DNA from: Setoptus koraiensis | Taxonomy: Eukaryota > Animalia > Arthropoda | Length of the DNA: 64,000 bases | Assembly (NCBI GenBank): GCA_048013815.1 | Contig: CM106585.1 | Location: 11,346,001-11,410,000, forward strand | Direction of reading: 5' to 3' | Shown: in pieces, positions 47,743-59,552 of the stretch | How the letters are laid out: every line of letters starts with the position of its first letter | How positions within the stretch are numbered: position 1 is the first letter of the stretch | Notes under the pieces: model-generated | Databases searched by the model: none | What the model was told of the DNA's origin: nothing | Seen by the model: the letters and a program-made list of their open reading frames with translations, nothing else | Position numbers and translations under genes: made by a program

Positions 47743-49044
47743 TTACCGATCCGTAATGTAAAGACTACAAAATTCAAAAGCGTTCACAAACATCTTGTTC
47801 CAGGGGCTCACGTCGATACGCTTCTCGCCGGTTTTCCACTCTGGCAAAACGTAAGGCCACTGCCACATTTGGGTGCATCTTTCCGGATGAGGCATCATGG
47901 CCAAATGTCTGCCATCGGTGCTGCATATTGCAGCCACAGCAAATTTGCTTCCATTTGGATTTAATGGATATTGTTGTGTTGGCTCCCCAAAGTCGTCAAC
48001 ATATTTCATGGCGATACGTTCGTCTTGCTCTGCTTTATATTTGTCCTTGCCACTGAGCTCAAACTTGCCCTCGCCATGAGCCACCCAAACACCAAAACAA
48101 CTTGACTGCATCTGTTTAAGCATAATAGAATTAGTGTTAGCCTCAATTTTGACCGGTTCTTTGATATTTTTGAGCGAGGCCTCCTTGCTGAAATTACAAT
48201 CTAGACCAGAGTGACTCGCCAGGGCCATTTCTATGAGACAAACCAACAGTCCTCCGTCGCTGATGTCATGGCCGGCAGTGCAAATTCCGTCTTTAATCAG
48301 TTGTTGAACCATGTTAAAGCCAGATTTCAGCAGAGAGGCATCGTTGATTTCGGGCGCTTCATCCACGGCCAGCTGGCCAAATGATTGAGCCAGAGCTGAG
48401 CCTCCCAATCTTGGCTTAAAATGCTCTTGAGCGTTACAATTGTGCGACATATTCAGCCAGATTAAGCGACTAGTTGGCAGACACTCCATAATGGGTGTCA
48501 CTTTACATCTGATATCGGGCACCGGCGCATAGGAGCTTATAACCAACGTACCAGGCGATTTCACTATCTCTTGTTCGGGCCTCTCACTGTCTAGCTCATC
48601 ACTACTTGATGATTTTTCTGATCTTTCGGGTGCTTTAATCAGGCTAGAGTTATTCCTATCCACTGTGGCCATCATAGACAGAGAATCTTTGCCACCGTCA
48701 ACGGCAATACCAAGCTCTGACATTAGCTGACACATGGCCTGGCAAGCGTCCACCAGCTTGGCCCCTTCGCCCGGCAACTTGGCCGCCCACATCCAATTAG
48801 CGCTGCACTTGACATCCTCCAAACAGGTGACTACACAAAACATCATGTTTGTGAGAGCCTCGGCAACGCTCATGTGTGCGTTTGCCTTGGGACTGAGCAG
48901 GCCCTTGATCGGTTGTTCGCCAATTGATGTAACAGAACCTCGAAAATCGAAATGACTCAGCAATATCAGTCCATAGTCACCGATTGGCGTATGCAACGGG
49001 CCCAAACATTGTTGGCCGGCTATCAAACCGGTGACACAACGGAC
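47743..49044 (-). pseudogene. PFAS: 5'-truncated, internally deleted phosphoribosylformylglycinamidine synthase (PFAS/FGAMS) fragment
   Basis: RCVTGLIAGQQCLGPLHTP, GEQPIKGL, DVKCSANWMWAAKLPGEG, VDGGKDSLSM, GHDISDGGL, WVAHGEG, YPLNPNGS and MPHPER are present. The N-terminal about half and the glutaminase segment with the GVCNG nucleophile are absent. There is no natural ATG. The frame is open over about 1.3 kb. Confidence 0.8.
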
Positions 49045-50536
49045 CACTTCGCGGAAGAAAAGTTCAGCATCCTCGTCTTTACCACCGCCGAATCGGGGAA
49101 GATCCGAAAGCACCAGGGTTGGGTTCTGACCTAAAGCGGTAACTAGGTCACTGACCGCTGACTCACAAGGTAAACCTCCTAGGTCGGACACTCAGAATAC
49201 GCCCACTATAGTCTTTTTGAACTCTCCAGTGTACCCAGAACAAGAAAACGCTAGTCTCATGCTCAACTTCGGCCAAAAAAATTCTAAATTTTTCTTGGGA
49301 TTTTCTGAAATTAGACCTTGTCAGAGAGATTTACACTTGTTGTGTTCATGTTTACATCGGCCTTATTATCGATCGTATTCCTACGGGGTCTTGACATGTT
49401 CAACTTGAGCTTGGACTTCGATGAACCACGCTCTGCTACCAAAAATGTCGTGCCTAAGGAGCAGAGTATGTAGTTTATACCTCGGGCAGCGACGTTTATG
49501 CGTTGGATTCAGAATACCCTTCGGTACGGGCGTGCGGGAGTGAACCGCGGTGAATATTAGATGGTGAATATCAGAAATGGCCGAGCGGTAACCTAACGCG
49601 AGGCACTGTTTGTTTTACCCTGTGTATATACGCTAGCAAGTGACTTTCCTCGGGATGCGTTATGTGTCGGTAGAATTGTATCGAATAAGCGTGATATTAT
49701 AGAGGAAATCAGGCTGGAATTTTACACCGAAAGAGATTGGCGGTCCGAGGCAGATTTTGGTATAGGAGTCGTTGTATATGACAATAAATGAGTATCTCAT
49801 GGAAACTAGGTCTGCATTTATTTCTATGCCTTGGAAAGGCGAAGTCTATCGACAAGTGTGTTCGTTAATGCGCTGCCGTTGGTGCTGTTTTGTTAAGTTC
49901 GGAAGTCACCGACTTGTAGTTGAATCTGAGGCAACGAAGATTCTTGGTATGGGATGTGATATTACAACTTAGTTAGCCTCGAATACCCGATTGTATCGGT
50001 GGATACGTACAGCAATGGTGTGACTGAGTAGGTAACAATATATGTGAATTATCTGCCGAAAAGGTCCGTTCCTTTGAGGCAGTTCTTAGTGTTGATTGGT
50101 TGGTGTATCAGTTTGCATTTATGTCAGAATTTCTGCATTGGAATAATAAGCGGGGGTGTCGTGGTATTTGGGTTTCGAGCAACGCTAATTAGCGGATTTA
50201 CTGAATTTTATTGGGTACATGTATTATATCGTTATATGTTTTTCGAGTTATGTCTTACTCCTGCGTGTCGATAATCGGTACTGATTCCTAGTCTCCTTTT
50301 TGGGATCCAACTTATCACGACAACTTGAAAAGTTGTTAGTCATCCTCTTTTGAGTCTCTATTCTTAATTTCAACCGTCGTCTCGGCGCCAAAGCATTGCG
50401 TTATCTGTGTTTGTTATGGTCATACGCGCTCCTTGTGTTGAGCAGTGGCATGGTCGTATCCGCTCATGGATATCCGCGCGGAGGGGCGTGTTAGCTAGAC
50501 CGGCTATGTGCTACCGATGCCCATCGCGGCATCACA
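49045..50536 (-). mobile_element. Putative truncated Ty3/gypsy-like LTR retrotransposon: short LTR (about 50391-50536), PBS-like TGGCGCCGAGAC (50390 downwards), about 1.2 kb leader, gag N-terminal fragment
   Basis: On the minus strand the element begins TGTGATG. TGGCGCC follows about 145 nt later. LPRFGGGKDEDAELFFREV resembles gypsy/Arc-type capsid starts (F.G...D...F). The composition differs from the flanking CA-rich DNA. I saw no second LTR, TSD or pol. Confidence 0.5.
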
Positions 50537-51939
50537 TTGTAAACACAAACAACAACAACAACAACAACAGCGGCAACATTTTTGCGCACCGTGTGCTTGT
50601 GTAGCACTGCAGAAAGTGTTTGTGTCCAAATATATAATTCAAATCTGCGGCAGCAGCCTCACCAGTGTATCATTTATGATACAGGGTGCACCGAATAGAG
50701 TGAAGTGCACAAAACGCCGTGTATTGTGTGTTTGTATGTGTGTGTGTCTGTGTGAAAGAGGCTGCCGACAAGGTGTGTGTAGGCCACTTCTCTAGGTGAG
50801 CTGCTTGTTTGTGTGTTCGTCTGTGTCTTATCTGGACTGGCTCTCCGGCATTGGCCAGTTCTGACATTCATGGCTTGTCTGTGTGTGCGTTTGTCCAAGA
50901 ATTGTTGTAATGTCGACAGGGTGTAGCAATCAAAACAGACATTCTCATTGAATAAGCTAGACGAGGCCAGGCCGGGCAAAGTTCTTCACAGTGCATTCTT
51001 AGTTCACATCGATGAATAAAAGTATCGCGCTCGAGCTTAGTTCTAGTTGAGCCCAGAAGAAGGCGCACGAAACGATTCGCTCGAGCCGCAGAAACGATGC
51101 GGTACCCTGGGGTATTATTCTTCACACGCCAGGCGCCTCTGCTGCTGTCTGCCATTGGCAGTGTACTGAACAATGGCAATGGACATTCCTTTAGGCACAG
51201 CAAGTTGTAAACTGTGCCACAGCTGTCCTGTTTGCCGCATGGGAATCCATGTATGAGCCACGTTGCTGATGCATGCTATCTGCAGGCACGAGATGGCCCG
51301 GCTGCACATTACGCACCACAGTGGTGTAGTTCTTTGCACAGGACATGTGTGCCCATACTATGCACTAGTGTTGCTCACAGGACCTTTAAGTGATTCCGTG
51401 CGTATCTCCATCTGTACCCAAGCAACATAATACCCTCATCGGAATTAGACCTAACGCCAACCACCATAAACATCATTGCATCGAACAGCGACATCTACGC
51501 TCCGGATCGGCCGCAATAAACATGAAACACTGTAGAGATAAAGAAGAAATACCACTATTGCATCCTCAATAAATACACTATACACAATATATATTTATAT
51601 ACATGTATAAATACATAGTACTAACGCATGCACAAATGATATGTACTGTGGGAAATGCCACAGCTTGCACAGGGGTTCCACTATTGGCCAGACCAGCGTA
51701 TAGCTTGTACAATTTTTAGACATATAAATGATGCTATCAATATAATGACATAGCATACAGGAACATTGTTAATTCCAATGATAGTATATACATTACATAA
51801 GCCGCAGCGCACAATATATGCACTGCATGAAGCACATCTCGCCTAATATTGTGACAATTTACCTACATCTCCATTCTAGCTAAATACAGCACATTCCACT
51901 CTTGTACAAGCGACTCTAACACACAAAGATTAACAATCA

Positions 51940-52045
51940 TAAACAGGCAAACACACACACACACACACACACTAACACACACAAATATTCCTACAAACGC
52001 ACACTCACACACACACACACAAACAGACACACACACACACACGCA
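51940..52045. repeat. (CA)n-rich microsatellite block upstream of RXR
   Basis: Several interrupted CA tracts directly visible. Confidence 0.85.
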
Positions 52046-52173
52046 CATATTGTGGCGTACACATTCACACAAGCTCAATATCGATCACCATGTACCACCT
52101 TACCACTATTATTACTATTATTATTAATAGCAATTAGAGGGAATTTATTAATAAGGATTTTTTTTCAAAAATT

Positions 52174-53637
52174 ATGAGCGAAGGAAATTATTTAAGTCCT
52201 AATGCGTTCGCCGCCTCACCTATGTCTTTAAAAGTCGAAAGCCTGGGATTAGAAAATTTACCCATGTCTGGCCTAACATCTCCACCTAGTGTTGCGCCAT
52301 GCACTTCACCTCAGACAAGTGGACAAACTATTAGAAATACCAGTGCCGATAGCGGCAATAGTTCAATTGGGGGATTACCACAGCAACAACAACAGATTCC
52401 ACAACAGAATGGACTATCAGTTAATAGTCACAGTTCCGCAAATAATAATAACAACGATATAAACAATAATGGAAATTCAAATAACTCCACTACCAATTCA
52501 TCAACTAATGGATTCTACCCTCAAGGTCACCCCCTTTATAACAGTAAACATTTATGCTCCATATGTGGCGATAAGGCTAGCGGAAAACATTATGGTGTTT
52601 ACAGTTGCGAGGGCTGTAAAGGTTTCTTCAAGCGCACTGTCAGAAAGAACTTAACCTATCAATGCAGAGAAGAACGAAACTGTCTAATTGACAAAAGGCA
52701 GAGGAATCGCTGTCAATGTTGTAGATATCAAAAATGTCTTGCCACGGGGATGAGACGCGAGGCTGTTCAGGAAGAAAGACAACGAACGAAAGAATCAGAA
52801 GATAATGAAGTTGAAAGCACTAGCAATTCCCATGTTGATTTCGACAGATTGGTCGGTTCGGTAGTCCATGGAGGCGTTAATGGTTGTACTCCTGATACAA
52901 ACTCAAATAACATGAACGTAGACAGTGTTATCAAAATGGAAACTATCCAAATGGATGATGTAAAGAATGTTCTATCACCATCGCCTCTAGCTACGCGAGA
53001 ACTAAGTTCATCGCTTGTGCAAGCAGCACAAAATCAAATAGACTCATTAATCAAATGGGTATTGGACGAACCAAGATTCACATCTTTGTTAATCGAGGAT
53101 AGGTTGCAATTGTTGAAGACTTATTGGAATGAGTTACTCATCGTAGACATAGCCTACAAGTCTATGGCACTACCAAATTCTGAAGATGACCCAAATTTGA
53201 TGATCTGGCCTGATATTGTTATAAACAGAGCTACGGCCAACCAAGCTGGATTAAGTACAATGTTTGATAGACTGACGACGGAAATCGTTGTCAAATTCAA
53301 GGAAATGAAATTCGACTCAAAAGAACTGAATTTGTTGAAACTGATAATATTATTTAACCCAGAAACACAAGGCTTGAAATCAAGCCAACCTATAGAGAAT
53401 GTACGAACTTTGATATTCTCTGAATTAGAACAACATTGCAGATTTTATTACTTACAGGAACAACCTAATAGATTTGGGAAGTTATTATTAAGATTACCCG
53501 CTTTAAGAAGTATTGGATTGAAATGTGATGACACACAACAGTTGATGTTTGTTCAAATGTGTTGCGGAGGACTCAATATTGACTCTTACCTACTCAGAAG
53601 GTTTCAAACACCCACACACCCATCGCCACGAAGTTAG
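52174..53637 (+). CDS. usp: Retinoid X receptor / ultraspiracle (NR2B), intronless, with a divergent ligand-binding domain
   Basis: [35 protein letters not shown]-box [10 protein letters not shown], and H10 [19 protein letters not shown]. Confidence 0.93.
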   Translation: MSEGNYLSPNAFAASPMSLKVESLGLENLPMSGLTSPPSVAPCTSPQTSGQTIRNTSADSGNSSIGGLPQQQQQIPQQNGLSVNSHSSANNNNNDINNNGNSNNSTTNSSTNGFYPQGHPLYNSKHLCSICGDKASGKHYGVYSCEGCKGFFKRTVRKNLTYQCREERNCLIDKRQRNRCQCCRYQKCLATGMRREAVQEERQRTKESEDNEVESTSNSHVDFDRLVGSVVHGGVNGCTPDTNSNNMNVDSVIKMETIQMDDVKNVLSPSPLATRELSSSLVQAAQNQIDSLIKWVLDEPRFTSLLIEDRLQLLKTYWNELLIVDIAYKSMALPNSEDDPNLMIWPDIVINRATANQAGLSTMFDRLTTEIVVKFKEMKFDSKELNLLKLIILFNPETQGLKSSQPIENVRTLIFSELEQHCRFYYLQEQPNRFGKLLLRLPALRSIGLKCDDTQQLMFVQMCCGGLNIDSYLLRRFQTPTHPSPRS

Positions 53638-53798
53638 GTGACCAGTACCACTCCCCAAATCAAATGAAGTTCAACGATTCGTAGGTTATATTTATCATCA
53701 GTATTTCTTGATTGAGACATATTTCGAAAATCGATGTACATTAGATTAAATTTGCCTGTACAATACATTATAACCAAGTGTTGAGAATTAAAAAACTG

Positions 53799-55355
53799 CT
53801 AACTCTGGTTATCACATAATAATAAATCGGGATCACGAGAAGTTAGGACAGTATATACTCTTTTGGAAAGGGTTGGACCTATGTTTCTTTGACTAATATT
53901 CCTTTGAACTCTAATTTCAGATAATAAATCTTGAGCTTCTATCTGTGGCAATTTTTGGTACGTAGTTAACAACGCCATTGGACAGGGATATGCATCCGAG
54001 ATCGCCACCGCCATGGTGGGAGTAATCTGAGGTATCATCTGTAACTGGTTAATCCAGAGACTCTTTAAGTCGTCTGTAGAAGCTGTAGGATCATAGGCCT
54101 TCAGCTTCTCCATACCCACAGATACGTCCAGTCCTTTGAGAACAGTGTTGGTTTGTTTGAAAGGTGCGCTAGCTATTGATCGTGTGAAACGGCTAAATGC
54201 CTCCACAATGTCCTCTGTTTTTTCGAAGAATCTAAATTGGACTTTCCAAGTGGGATGTAATTTTTTCAGCTCTAGATCTATGAGGAATCTAAGCGAGTCG
54301 GCTTCTTCTTGGGTTGTCACAGTTGAATGCAAGTTGTCAGGTTCAGCTGAGGGTAATCTAGCATCCAAATGATTGAATCTATCCTGGAAGTTACGCCTGT
54401 AGTTCCGAGTCTCCTTAGCCCTCTCTGATTTGAAGAAACTGCTTAAATTGAAAATCATTATTGTCAAGTATTTTCCTCCACTAGAAGACTTCACTCTTCT
54501 AATAAATTCATCCAAAGGCTGTTCATCACTGCAAGGCCTTCCAATCTTTTTAGATCTAAAGGCTGTTATCTTGGCGATATATTCTTTGCCTGTCATGACT
54601 AAAATAAGTCGATTTTCTTCTTTTTCAAACTCTCTGACTTTGAATGAAGTGTTACAATCTGATATACAAGGCTGGCTAGAGCTGAAGGAGGTCTCAAATT
54701 GGTTGGTCTTATCTATTACCTCTTTGTCTATTCGAACCCAAGATATCGATCGAGGTATGGGTGGATTGTTGACGAGTCTATGGCGAATTTCATTCTCATC
54801 GAAAACTGTATTTATAAAATTCCCCTGAGGGTCGCCTATGGATGGTAGTATTTCCTGATCAATTATAGGTATACAATAGAAAATAGCTCTTGATGCGGTA
54901 TGAGTAAGTTGTACCTCTTTTTCTGCCTTTTTGCGTTTTTCTTCAATCTCTTTTTGCTGCTTGAGAAGTTGGCGTTGTCTTCTATTTTCATTGGCTTGCT
55001 TTTTTTGAACCCCTGTCTTACTGAGTGTTTTATTAGTATTGGATACAGAGAAACACTGTAACTGTTCAATATTTCCATCGTCTGATTTATCATCCTGTGA
55101 GTTATCCCCAATTATGTCCTGATCATAATCAACCTGATCTTCTGGATCCCAAACAAAATCATTTGGATCATCAACTTTAACTAGCTTGGCTTTCTTCGGG
55201 GATATCACAAAAAAGTCTTCGATTATGTCAGGTGAATCGTTCTGAGGTGGAACGTTATCATCTTCGATAACTATGCAACTGTCGTTTGTAGGTGGGGGAC
55301 GTGGTGGGATATGGCTGTCATCGTCGAGGATAATACAGCTGTCTTCAAAGGACAT
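53799..55355 (-). CDS. EME1: Crossover junction endonuclease subunit EME1 (MUS81 partner), intronless
   Basis: Acidic disordered N-terminus and coiled coil, SISWVR segment, degenerate ERCC4 region, then C-terminal HhH LWINQLQMIPQITPTMAVAISDAYPCP and RNIGPTLSKRVY. Confidence 0.85.
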   Translation of the reverse strand: MSFEDSCIILDDDSHIPPRPPPTNDSCIVIEDDNVPPQNDSPDIIEDFFVISPKKAKLVKVDDPNDFVWDPEDQVDYDQDIIGDNSQDDKSDDGNIEQLQCFSVSNTNKTLSKTGVQKKQANENRRQRQLLKQQKEIEEKRKKAEKEVQLTHTASRAIFYCIPIIDQEILPSIGDPQGNFINTVFDENEIRHRLVNNPPIPRSISWVRIDKEVIDKTNQFETSFSSSQPCISDCNTSFKVREFEKEENRLILVMTGKEYIAKITAFRSKKIGRPCSDEQPLDEFIRRVKSSSGGKYLTIMIFNLSSFFKSERAKETRNYRRNFQDRFNHLDARLPSAEPDNLHSTVTTQEEADSLRFLIDLELKKLHPTWKVQFRFFEKTEDIVEAFSRFTRSIASAPFKQTNTVLKGLDVSVGMEKLKAYDPTASTDDLKSLWINQLQMIPQITPTMAVAISDAYPCPMALLTTYQKLPQIEAQDLLSEIRVQRNISQRNIGPTLSKRVYTVLTSRDPDLLLCDNQS

Positions 55356-55830
55356 GATTGAAGATTTGTCTTTCTAGTAGAGCATTCCAATATTGTTGGT
55401 ATATTTATTTCATGCCTAGTCACAAATGTCCAAATGTGTAAATGTGTTTTAAAAAAGCAGTAATGTTTTAAGACTGTCAATACTAAAAAAAATGTTGCAC
55501 GTTCACATGCACAACATTTCTTTTCGACCGTTAGATGTAAGTTTAAAAAAACGAGTGAAGTCAGCTGACACTTAAATAGCTACAAATATTGAAGAGAATG
55601 AGAATCAAATCGATCAACTAACAAGAACTCCTGATGAACTCATTTCACAAACACGAGGGAAGTCACAGGCAAAAATACTATCTTGGCGTGGAGAAGGAAA
55701 TAAGAGTTCTTAAGACAGAGTTCATACTACATTCTACTAGAAGTTGGTACAACTAAATCCAACTTTGTTTAATAGGAATCACTAGCGATGAGTACAATCA
55801 TAAGTCGGTCGATTGCCGACAGTCTAGTGA

Positions 55831-56327
55831 TTAATTGTTTGTTGGGGCTTGGGACATCTGATAAGTTCGTATGGTATAACGAGTGAACATGGCGATTGAC
55901 ATTGTTGCCACAAGTCCTGATGGCATGAATTTCTTTGATTTTAGAAATCGGGGTAGCATCATAGCCCCCAACAGGCCAGACGCGCCATAAGTCAACCAGA
56001 AATTACTATTGTCCATGACATTTATAAGATTGTTAGGAGATTCATTAGAATAATTGTGAGAGGACTGAAGTGTTTTGCCGATTGCAATTTAGCTTTTCGA
56101 ATTGGAGTAACTTACTCTTGTGTGGCCTCTAAATAGCTGCCAGCACATATCAAGGTACCAAATGTCAAACCGGCAGCGAGTGATGGAACAGATTGAGCCT
56201 TGACATAACCGAGAATTCCTCCTGCAGCCACCAAGATTCCATAAGAAGCGCTGAAAATATCAAAAGGCATTCTGGTGCCAAGAACGGTGATTGCTGTCGC
56301 AGAGTTGTCGGAGGACGACGAGGACAT
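55831..56327 (-). CDS. TMEM14C: Transmembrane protein 14 family (TMEM14C-like, 128 aa); exons 56327-56116 and 56005-55831
   Basis: DIFSASYGILVAAGGILGYVKAQSVPSLAAGLTFG and RFLKSKKFMPSGLVA are joined by a 110 nt GT-AG intron in frame. Confidence 0.92.
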
Positions 56328-56854
56328 TCTAAGATTTGACGGGTGAGCTTGGATAATTAATTAATAATAGTACAATTTTTGTCATTAATGGTAGTTGAGC
56401 AAGTTGAGATGGACAACAATGTCTAGTAGAACACCACAAGTAGTATGGGAGTGCACAGTCTAATTGGCCGGGTTTCTGGCCAACCCATTTTCAATTTTCC
56501 GCAGTTGTCGCGCCCCCGCGCTATCCGATTGTACAATACAATCGGCATGACCGTCTCGCGATGCCACAACATGCCAACATTGCTACACGCAACCGGCTTC
56601 CGAGAAAGGTTTCAATTTTGATGATACAATTTGTATCATTTCAAAAAGTAAATATAGCTGCAGAAAGAAGGAATTTTATTTTTTGAAGTAACCGCTTATT
56701 CATTTGGAGTGCCCATGTTCATGCTTTTCTCTCTCAACGTGCAAGGAAATCAACACACTTATAGCATCCATCCTCCGGATAAATTTACTATTGGAATTTA
56801 TTTTTGACTTCTTTTACTAAAATTGATCATTATTTTTATTAATTATAGTTCAAC

Positions 56855-59353
56855 ATGCCCGTCATTAAAGTAAAAAGAGAAGTTTTGTTCGACCTGCTCG
56901 GGAAGCGATATACGGACGAAGAATTTAGCTCACTATGCTTCAGATTTGGTCTGGAACTCGAGGAAATCACCTCTGAGAAAAAGATAGCCGCTAAAGAGAG
57001 AGGCTTAAAAATATCGGACCTAGCATCCGACGAAATTATTTATAAAATAGATGTTCCAACCAGTCGAAATGATTTTCTATCCTTGGAAGGAATTGCACAA
57101 GCGATTAAGATGTTCGAAGGACTTCAACCACCACCTAATTATGTGACCAACAGATCCCGTGTAGAATTTCATGTTGACGCCCATGCTCTATCTGTTAGAC
57201 CAATACTTGTTGGAGCCGTTGTACGAGATTTAAAACTCACCCAAGATGTTTACGACAGCTTTATTGATCTTCAAGACAAGATACACCAAAATCTAGGACG
57301 AAAACGTTCTCTAGTGTCAATTGGCACACATGATTTAGATAAAGTTCAAGGTCCATTCTATTATACTGCTTGTCCTCCGAATGAGTTAAAATTCGTGCCT
57401 CTGAATCACACTGAGGAATTCACGGGACTAGAGCTGATGGATTTATACGCCGATAGCCACTTGAAACAATATTTGCCATTAATAAAAGATAAGCCGAGAT
57501 ATCCACTGATCTACGATAAAAACAAGGTCGTTCTTTCGATGCCGCCCATCATCAACGGGGACACCTCCAAAATTACTCTAGATACCAGAAACGTACTCAT
57601 CGAGATCACAGCAACCAACTTGTGGAGGGCTACCATAGCTCTTGACACCATAGTAACAATGTTGGTGAGTTCCGCAGCGGCACAGAACAAGTATCAGGCT
57701 GAATCTGTCACCATATACACTGGCTCCGAGGAAAGAGTCACTCCCAATCTAGACTACTACAAAGCAACTGTCGATAGGGATTATTTCAATAAGAGCATGG
57801 GTGCCGATTTGAGCGGCAAAGAGATTTCCGAACTCCTTCTGAGAATGGGTTACAAGGCTAAATCTGAACGAGACAGCATATTGATTGAAGTTCCACCTAC
57901 GAGACACGATGTCATCGATAAACAAGATGTTATGTCTGATGCGACTACCGCCTATGGGCTCGATAATATACGCGGAACTGTTACAAAATCTTGGATCATA
58001 CCAACACAGAAAAGATTGAATAAGTTGGTCGACGCACTTCGCCTGGAAATTTTAGCCTCTGGCTACACTCAAGTCCAAAATTCAAACAAATGCTCCAAAG
58101 AACTAATCTCAGCAACAATAAGAGACGGGGATGAGGTCGATAAAGCAGTCATTCTTGAGGATACACGCCAAGTAGCTCGAACAAGTCTCATACCTGGTAT
58201 TCTTCAGAACATTCAATTAAAACCACCTGTATGCTTACCTGTGAAATTATTCGAGATTGGTGATGTATATCTCAAGGCTGCTGATGATTCCAAAGCGAAA
58301 CACGAAGTTCGTCTTGCGGCCGCTTTCTTCAATGACAAAGGATCAGGACTTGAAGTAGTCCACGGATTGCTCGACAGAATCATGAAACTTTTGGGGATAC
58401 CCCACACTCACGGTACTGACGTTGGTTATTATTTGAAGCCTACTGATAGGGCATTCTTTCTCCCTGGGAGATGCGCATCAATCATCTGCAGAGGTAAATC
58501 AATAGGCTACATGGGTACTGTTCACCCTGAAGTCGTCATCAATCTCCAATTAAAATCTGTGTGTTCAGCATTTGAAATTCGATTAGAAGAAGCTTTAAAC
58601 AATATAGATAGAATAGAAGAAATTATCAATAGAGGGGACATTCTAGAGTTCGGTTCTACCGCTTTTGCTGTTGATAATGAAGCCGAATCAACGGAGAGGG
58701 GAATTGAAGATCCATTCAATAAACTTACTGGCAGCCTTCGTGAGGAGATGAGACAGTGCGGCTACACTGGAGCTTACACTTTCACATTATGCTCGGAAAA
58801 CCAGATTTCAACCATGATACAAGACGAGAATGGGCTCAATGATGCAATCATAGTTCAAAATCCAAAGTCGTCAGATTGTCAAGTAGCTCGAACATGTCTC
58901 ATAACTGGTTTGCTCTTAACTATCCAATCGAACTCACATGTAGCCCAACCTATAAAAATATACGAGGTTGATGATGTAATTTTGAGGGATGATCGATATG
59001 ACGTCAGAGCGAGAAACGAGCGTCGCGTAGCTGCTGTCATTTATGGTAGAATTGCCGTCGAACTTGAGCATATCAAAGGATTGTTGCAAAGAATCATGCA
59101 ATTCTTGTCGATACCTCACACTGACAACGCCGACAACGAAGGTTATTATTTGGTGTCCAGTGATAATGGATTATATCTCACTGGAAGTTGCGCATCCATT
59201 ATGTTTCGAGGTAAAGCCATAGGTTATATAGGTACTATCCACCCCGAAGTCATTGATAACTTCAAACTCAAAATGCCCTGTTCAGGATTTGAATTTCAAT
59301 TAGAAGAAGTTTCCAAGCTTAAGCGACATAGAATCAATAAAAACTCTTTGTGA
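56855..59353 (+). CDS. FARSB: Phenylalanine--tRNA ligase beta subunit (cytoplasmic) with a tandem duplicated C-terminal domain, 832 aa, intronless
   Basis: MPVIKV, FGLELEE, YKIDVPTSRNDFLSLEG, FIDLQDKIHQNLGRKRSLVSIGTHDLD, SMPPIING, B5 segment VPPTRHDV. Two successive ART.LI.GLL...HPEV..F modules follow. Confidence 0.93.
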   Translation: MPVIKVKREVLFDLLGKRYTDEEFSSLCFRFGLELEEITSEKKIAAKERGLKISDLASDEIIYKIDVPTSRNDFLSLEGIAQAIKMFEGLQPPPNYVTNRSRVEFHVDAHALSVRPILVGAVVRDLKLTQDVYDSFIDLQDKIHQNLGRKRSLVSIGTHDLDKVQGPFYYTACPPNELKFVPLNHTEEFTGLELMDLYADSHLKQYLPLIKDKPRYPLIYDKNKVVLSMPPIINGDTSKITLDTRNVLIEITATNLWRATIALDTIVTMLVSSAAAQNKYQAESVTIYTGSEERVTPNLDYYKATVDRDYFNKSMGADLSGKEISELLLRMGYKAKSERDSILIEVPPTRHDVIDKQDVMSDATTAYGLDNIRGTVTKSWIIPTQKRLNKLVDALRLEILASGYTQVQNSNKCSKELISATIRDGDEVDKAVILEDTRQVARTSLIPGILQNIQLKPPVCLPVKLFEIGDVYLKAADDSKAKHEVRLAAAFFNDKGSGLEVVHGLLDRIMKLLGIPHTHGTDVGYYLKPTDRAFFLPGRCASIICRGKSIGYMGTVHPEVVINLQLKSVCSAFEIRLEEALNNIDRIEEIINRGDILEFGSTAFAVDNEAESTERGIEDPFNKLTGSLREEMRQCGYTGAYTFTLCSENQISTMIQDENGLNDAIIVQNPKSSDCQVARTCLITGLLLTIQSNSHVAQPIKIYEVDDVILRDDRYDVRARNERRVAAVIYGRIAVELEHIKGLLQRIMQFLSIPHTDNADNEGYYLVSSDNGLYLTGSCASIMFRGKAIGYIGTIHPEVIDNFKLKMPCSGFEFQLEEVSKLKRHRINKNSL

Positions 59354-59552
59354 TTTGTCTATCATCATGTCATGGTTCAAAATTTATACGATTTATTAAT
59401 CAAGTTTACACACATCACTCAATCGCCACAAGATCATCTTTGTCATCGTCCCAATCGAGTTTGCGATGACAGCGTTCAAACCCCAAGCTGTTGTGGCTTG
59501 TAAAAGCAATCCTCTCGACGATGTGTCCTGATATATGTTTTTTGTCCGTAAT

